Assembly (NCBI GenBank): GCA_963815115.1 | Contig: CAWFFN010000012.1 | Coordinates: forward strand, 96,001-160,000 | Direction: 5' to 3' | DNA length: 64,000 nt | Source of the DNA: an uncultured delta proteobacterium | GTDB lineage: Bacteria > Desulfobacterota > Binatia > DP-6 | Shown here: positions 61,574-64,000 of the stretch, one piece after another | Layout: the number at the start of each line of letters is the position of its first letter | How positions within the stretch are numbered: the first letter of the stretch is position 1 | Notes under the pieces: model-generated | Database searches by the model: none | What the model saw: the letters and a program-made list of their open reading frames with translations, nothing else | Told to the model about the DNA's origin: nothing | Program-made: the position numbers and the translations under genes

Positions 61574-64000
61574 TCAACCCTCGTGCCCGAGGCAGCCGGG
61601 CATGAGCTGGAGCTGGAGCGTATCGACCTGGTGCAGGTGCGCCACCGCGAGGTAGTCCCCCTGCGCGGCGAGCGCCGAGGTGCCGGTCGTCCCGAGCGCC
61701 AGGAGCTTGGTCAGGTTCTCCCGCACGAGCAGCTTTCCGGTCTCGTCCTGGATCGAGAGCCGTGCCGCCTGCGGCGAGAGCGTCGCGACCCATCCGTTCC
61801 CCACGGCGATCGGTGAGCAGTCGCCCAGCCGGACTCCCCAGCCAGGCGACACCACCGCCGGGAAGCGCCGCACGATCGTTCCCGAGCCGGTATCGAGGAC
61901 CTGGATCTCCTGCTCGGCCGAGGCGAGGAAGAGCAGGTCCCCGCTGGCGGCGATCCCCGTCCATGCGCCTTCCGGCAGGGGCCACGGGGGCGCGGGAGCG
62001 GCGCTCAGCCGGCCGCTGAGAGCGTCGACGGCCCACCAGGTATCGCGCGCGAACGCGGCGCATGCGTGTCCGATGCTGTCGGGCAGTGCCGGCACCTGCG
62101 TGCGGGCGGCCAGAGCCCCCTTCCCGATGCGCGTCTCGCCGCCATGACGGTCGAGCAGCCGCACCACCGGTGCGCTGCCGTCCCGGGTGTCGACGCCCAT
62201 CGCGACCGGCTCCTGGACCGTGAACTTGTGCGGGCCCACGCTCACGAAGTCGTAGCTTCCGACGATCCAAACGGGGACGGCACCCTGCCCGGGCAGGCTG
62301 CCGAGAGAGAGCGCATCGTTGGCCTGATTGCTCGATCCCCTCTTCACCAGGTTCGCGCACCCCCGTGCGGCATCGAGGCTCAGGAACTGCTCGAGGGCGT
62401 TCCGTGTCTCGGGCCACCTCGAGCGCGGCGTCCGGATCTGGAGGGGAGGAACGCCTTCCTCCGCGGGCCGTTGCCCCGCGACCCCGAGCGGCGGCTCGGC
62501 CAGGCTGACCGGCGTTCCGCCCGCGGCCTGAAGTCGGTTGGCGAGCGCGAGCTCCCAGCGGGTAGGGTGCCTGAACTCCCAGACGATGGTCTCGGCATCG
62601 CCGGTCCGGATCTGCGCGTCGAGATAGGTGAGCGGCGACTTGACGTCGGAGGCATACAGCCTGAGCACGCTCGGGAGCGAGGTCTCGCGGTCGACGTTGC
62701 GGAGCGCCGAGTACAGATCGATGAACCGCTCCGGCTTGCCAGCGCCGAGCGCCGCCAGCTTGCCGTACAGGCGAAGCCCCCCCGGCGCGGTCGGATTCTC
62801 GCGCTGCTCGTCGCTGTCCACGAGCACGACCGAGCTCCCGCCCGCGATCTCGTGCCCCCAGCGCCGGCCGTCGCGCGCGCATCCGAGGCACGTGATGCCG
62901 TCGCCGAAGCCGCTCTCGCCGAAGGGGATCTTCGTTCCGTGAGCCGGGGGCAGGGCGGCGTACAGCAGGCCCAGGCCGCCACCGGACCATGCGGCGAGCG
63001 CCAGGACCGCACCAGCGAACACCGTGCGCCGCGCGCCGGGCGATACCTCGACGAGGGGACGCATGCGGGCGAGGACGACGCCGCCGTGCGCGGCGAGGGC
63101 GCACCATGCCAGGTCGAAGATCAGGAAGCGCCGCGCGGTGGCCGCGCTGAGGACCGGCAGGGCGAGACCGCCGAGCGCGAGCGCGATCCAGAGATACCAG
63201 GCTCTGAGCGCTCGCAGCCTGGCGAGGCCGATGAGCCCCAGGAGAACCACCGGCAGGAGGCACAAGCCTCCGTGCGCGAAACCCGGGTCCAGCGCCGTCC
63301 CCGGACCCGTTGCCGGTCGTTCCCAGAGCGCGTTCAGATCCTCCGCTCGTCCGTTCCAGAAGTACGTCCGCAGCGTCGGCGCCAGCTGTTGGCGCAGGTT
63401 GTCGTGGATGCTGCCGAGCAGCGTGCCGTAGATCACCTCGGAGCGGTTTCCGACATAGCCGGGATAGCGCGGCCACAGCGATGCCAGCGTCGGCATTCCC
63501 ACGGCGAGCACGCCGGCGGCCACGAACCCCGATCCCAGGCACAGTGGAAGCACCACCCACTGGCGGCGCACGGATCCCGCCGCACGCATCCCCGCGAGCA
63601 ACGCCAGGAGCGAGAGCGGGATCGCGACCCGCGCGGCGTAGTAATGGTAGACTGACGTGCACGCGACCACACCGGCCAGGAGCGCCAGCGCGATGCTCCG
63701 CGCGCATCCCGCCGCGCGCATCCCCGCGAGCAGCGCCAGGAGCGAGAGCGGAATCGCGACCCGCGCGGCGTAGTAGTCATAGACCGACGTCCACGCGACC
63801 ACACCGGCGAGGAGCGCCAGCGCGACGCTCCTGCGCGAGCCGGCGCGATGGGCGAGCCAGAGGACGAGGAGCGTGTGGGGAACCGCCGCGATCTGCAGCC
63901 CGCCGAGGCGTGCCCAGGTGATCTGCAACGGGGAGACGGCGACCAGTCCCGCGAACGCGAGGCCGAACGCCGGCGACACGACCGCCCGCCCGACGAGCCA
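61574..64000 (-). CDS. Membrane protein: ArnT/GT-C-like TM region plus C-terminal beta-propeller-like domain; 5'-truncated
   Basis: Multiple TM helices (AVSP..I.WAR, YYAAR, ARRFL) followed by a soluble domain ending in short beta repeats. The frame is open to the window end. Confidence 0.7.
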   Translation of the reverse strand, partial: WLVGRAVVSPAFGLAFAGLVAVSPLQITWARLGGLQIAAVPHTLLVLWLAHRAGSRRSVALALLAGVVAWTSVYDYYAARVAIPLSLLALLAGMRAAGCARSIALALLAGVVACTSVYHYYAARVAIPLSLLALLAGMRAAGSVRRQWVVLPLCLGSGFVAAGVLAVGMPTLASLWPRYPGYVGNRSEVIYGTLLGSIHDNLRQQLAPTLRTYFWNGRAEDLNALWERPATGPGTALDPGFAHGGLCLLPVVLLGLIGLARLRALRAWYLWIALALGGLALPVLSAATARRFLIFDLAWCALAAHGGVVLARMRPLVEVSPGARRTVFAGAVLALAAWSGGGLGLLYAALPPAHGTKIPFGESGFGDGITCLGCARDGRRWGHEIAGGSSVVLVDSDEQRENPTAPGGLRLYGKLAALGAGKPERFIDLYSALRNVDRETSLPSVLRLYASDVKSPLTYLDAQIRTGDAETIVWEFRHPTRWELALANRLQAAGGTPVSLAEPPLGVAGQRPAEEGVPPLQIRTPRSRWPETRNALEQFLSLDAARGCANLVKRGSSNQANDALSLGSLPGQGAVPVWIVGSYDFVSVGPHKFTVQEPVAMGVDTRDGSAPVVRLLDRHGGETRIGKGALAARTQVPALPDSIGHACAAFARDTWWAVDALSGRLSAAPAPPWPLPEGAWTGIAASGDLLFLASAEQEIQVLDTGSGTIVRRFPAVVSPGWGVRLGDCSPIAVGNGWVATLSPQAARLSIQDETGKLLVRENLTKLLALGTTGTSALAAQGDYLAVAHLHQVDTLQLQLMPGCLGHEG
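63574..63831. repeat. 132-bp in-frame tandem duplication
   Basis: 63574-63699 vs 63706-63831: about 10 mismatches in 126 bp by manual alignment; encodes two copies of S(V/I)ALALLAGVVA(W/C)TSVY(D/H)YYAARVAIPLSLLALLAGMRAAG. Confidence 0.92.

Overview
Very GC-rich bacterial DNA, densely coding (about 48 genes), with no rRNA, tRNA, CRISPR array or mobile element that I can see. The gene content (Cys-rich secreted proteins with poly-Thr linkers, several amidohydrolases, an F420-type reductase, sigma-54-type promoters) suggests an uncultured deltaproteobacteria-like lineage such as Candidatus Binatia, but this is inference only. Housekeeping genes are glmS, groES-groEL, acnA, a HisN-like phosphatase, and thiC behind a TPP riboswitch; thiC is broken by about 6 frameshifts. 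Best candidates for new biology: (1) a tightly coupled 8-gene lipid-linked glycosylation operon at 52.5-61.6 kb (anchored surface protein, GT-C+TPR, ChbG/HpnK deacetylase, GNAT, DPM-like GT2, orphan, GMC oxidoreductase, SDR), possibly a DprE1/E2-like sugar-remodelling route; (2) a giant DUF11-repeat surface protein translationally coupled to a beta-barrel-like gene, followed by a paralogue of that gene; (3) a eukaryote-like sterol glucosyltransferase with a B-box-like zinc finger; (4) a tandem amidohydrolase pair in which one copy has lost its metal ligands; (5) a bufferin-type RiPP cluster with an ECF-type promoter. Smaller oddities are a WS/DGAT-CBS fusion, a collagen-like gene converging on a TMTC-like transferase, an orphan paralogue pair and a 132-bp in-frame duplication. 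All product calls come from motif recognition by eye; no database search was run.
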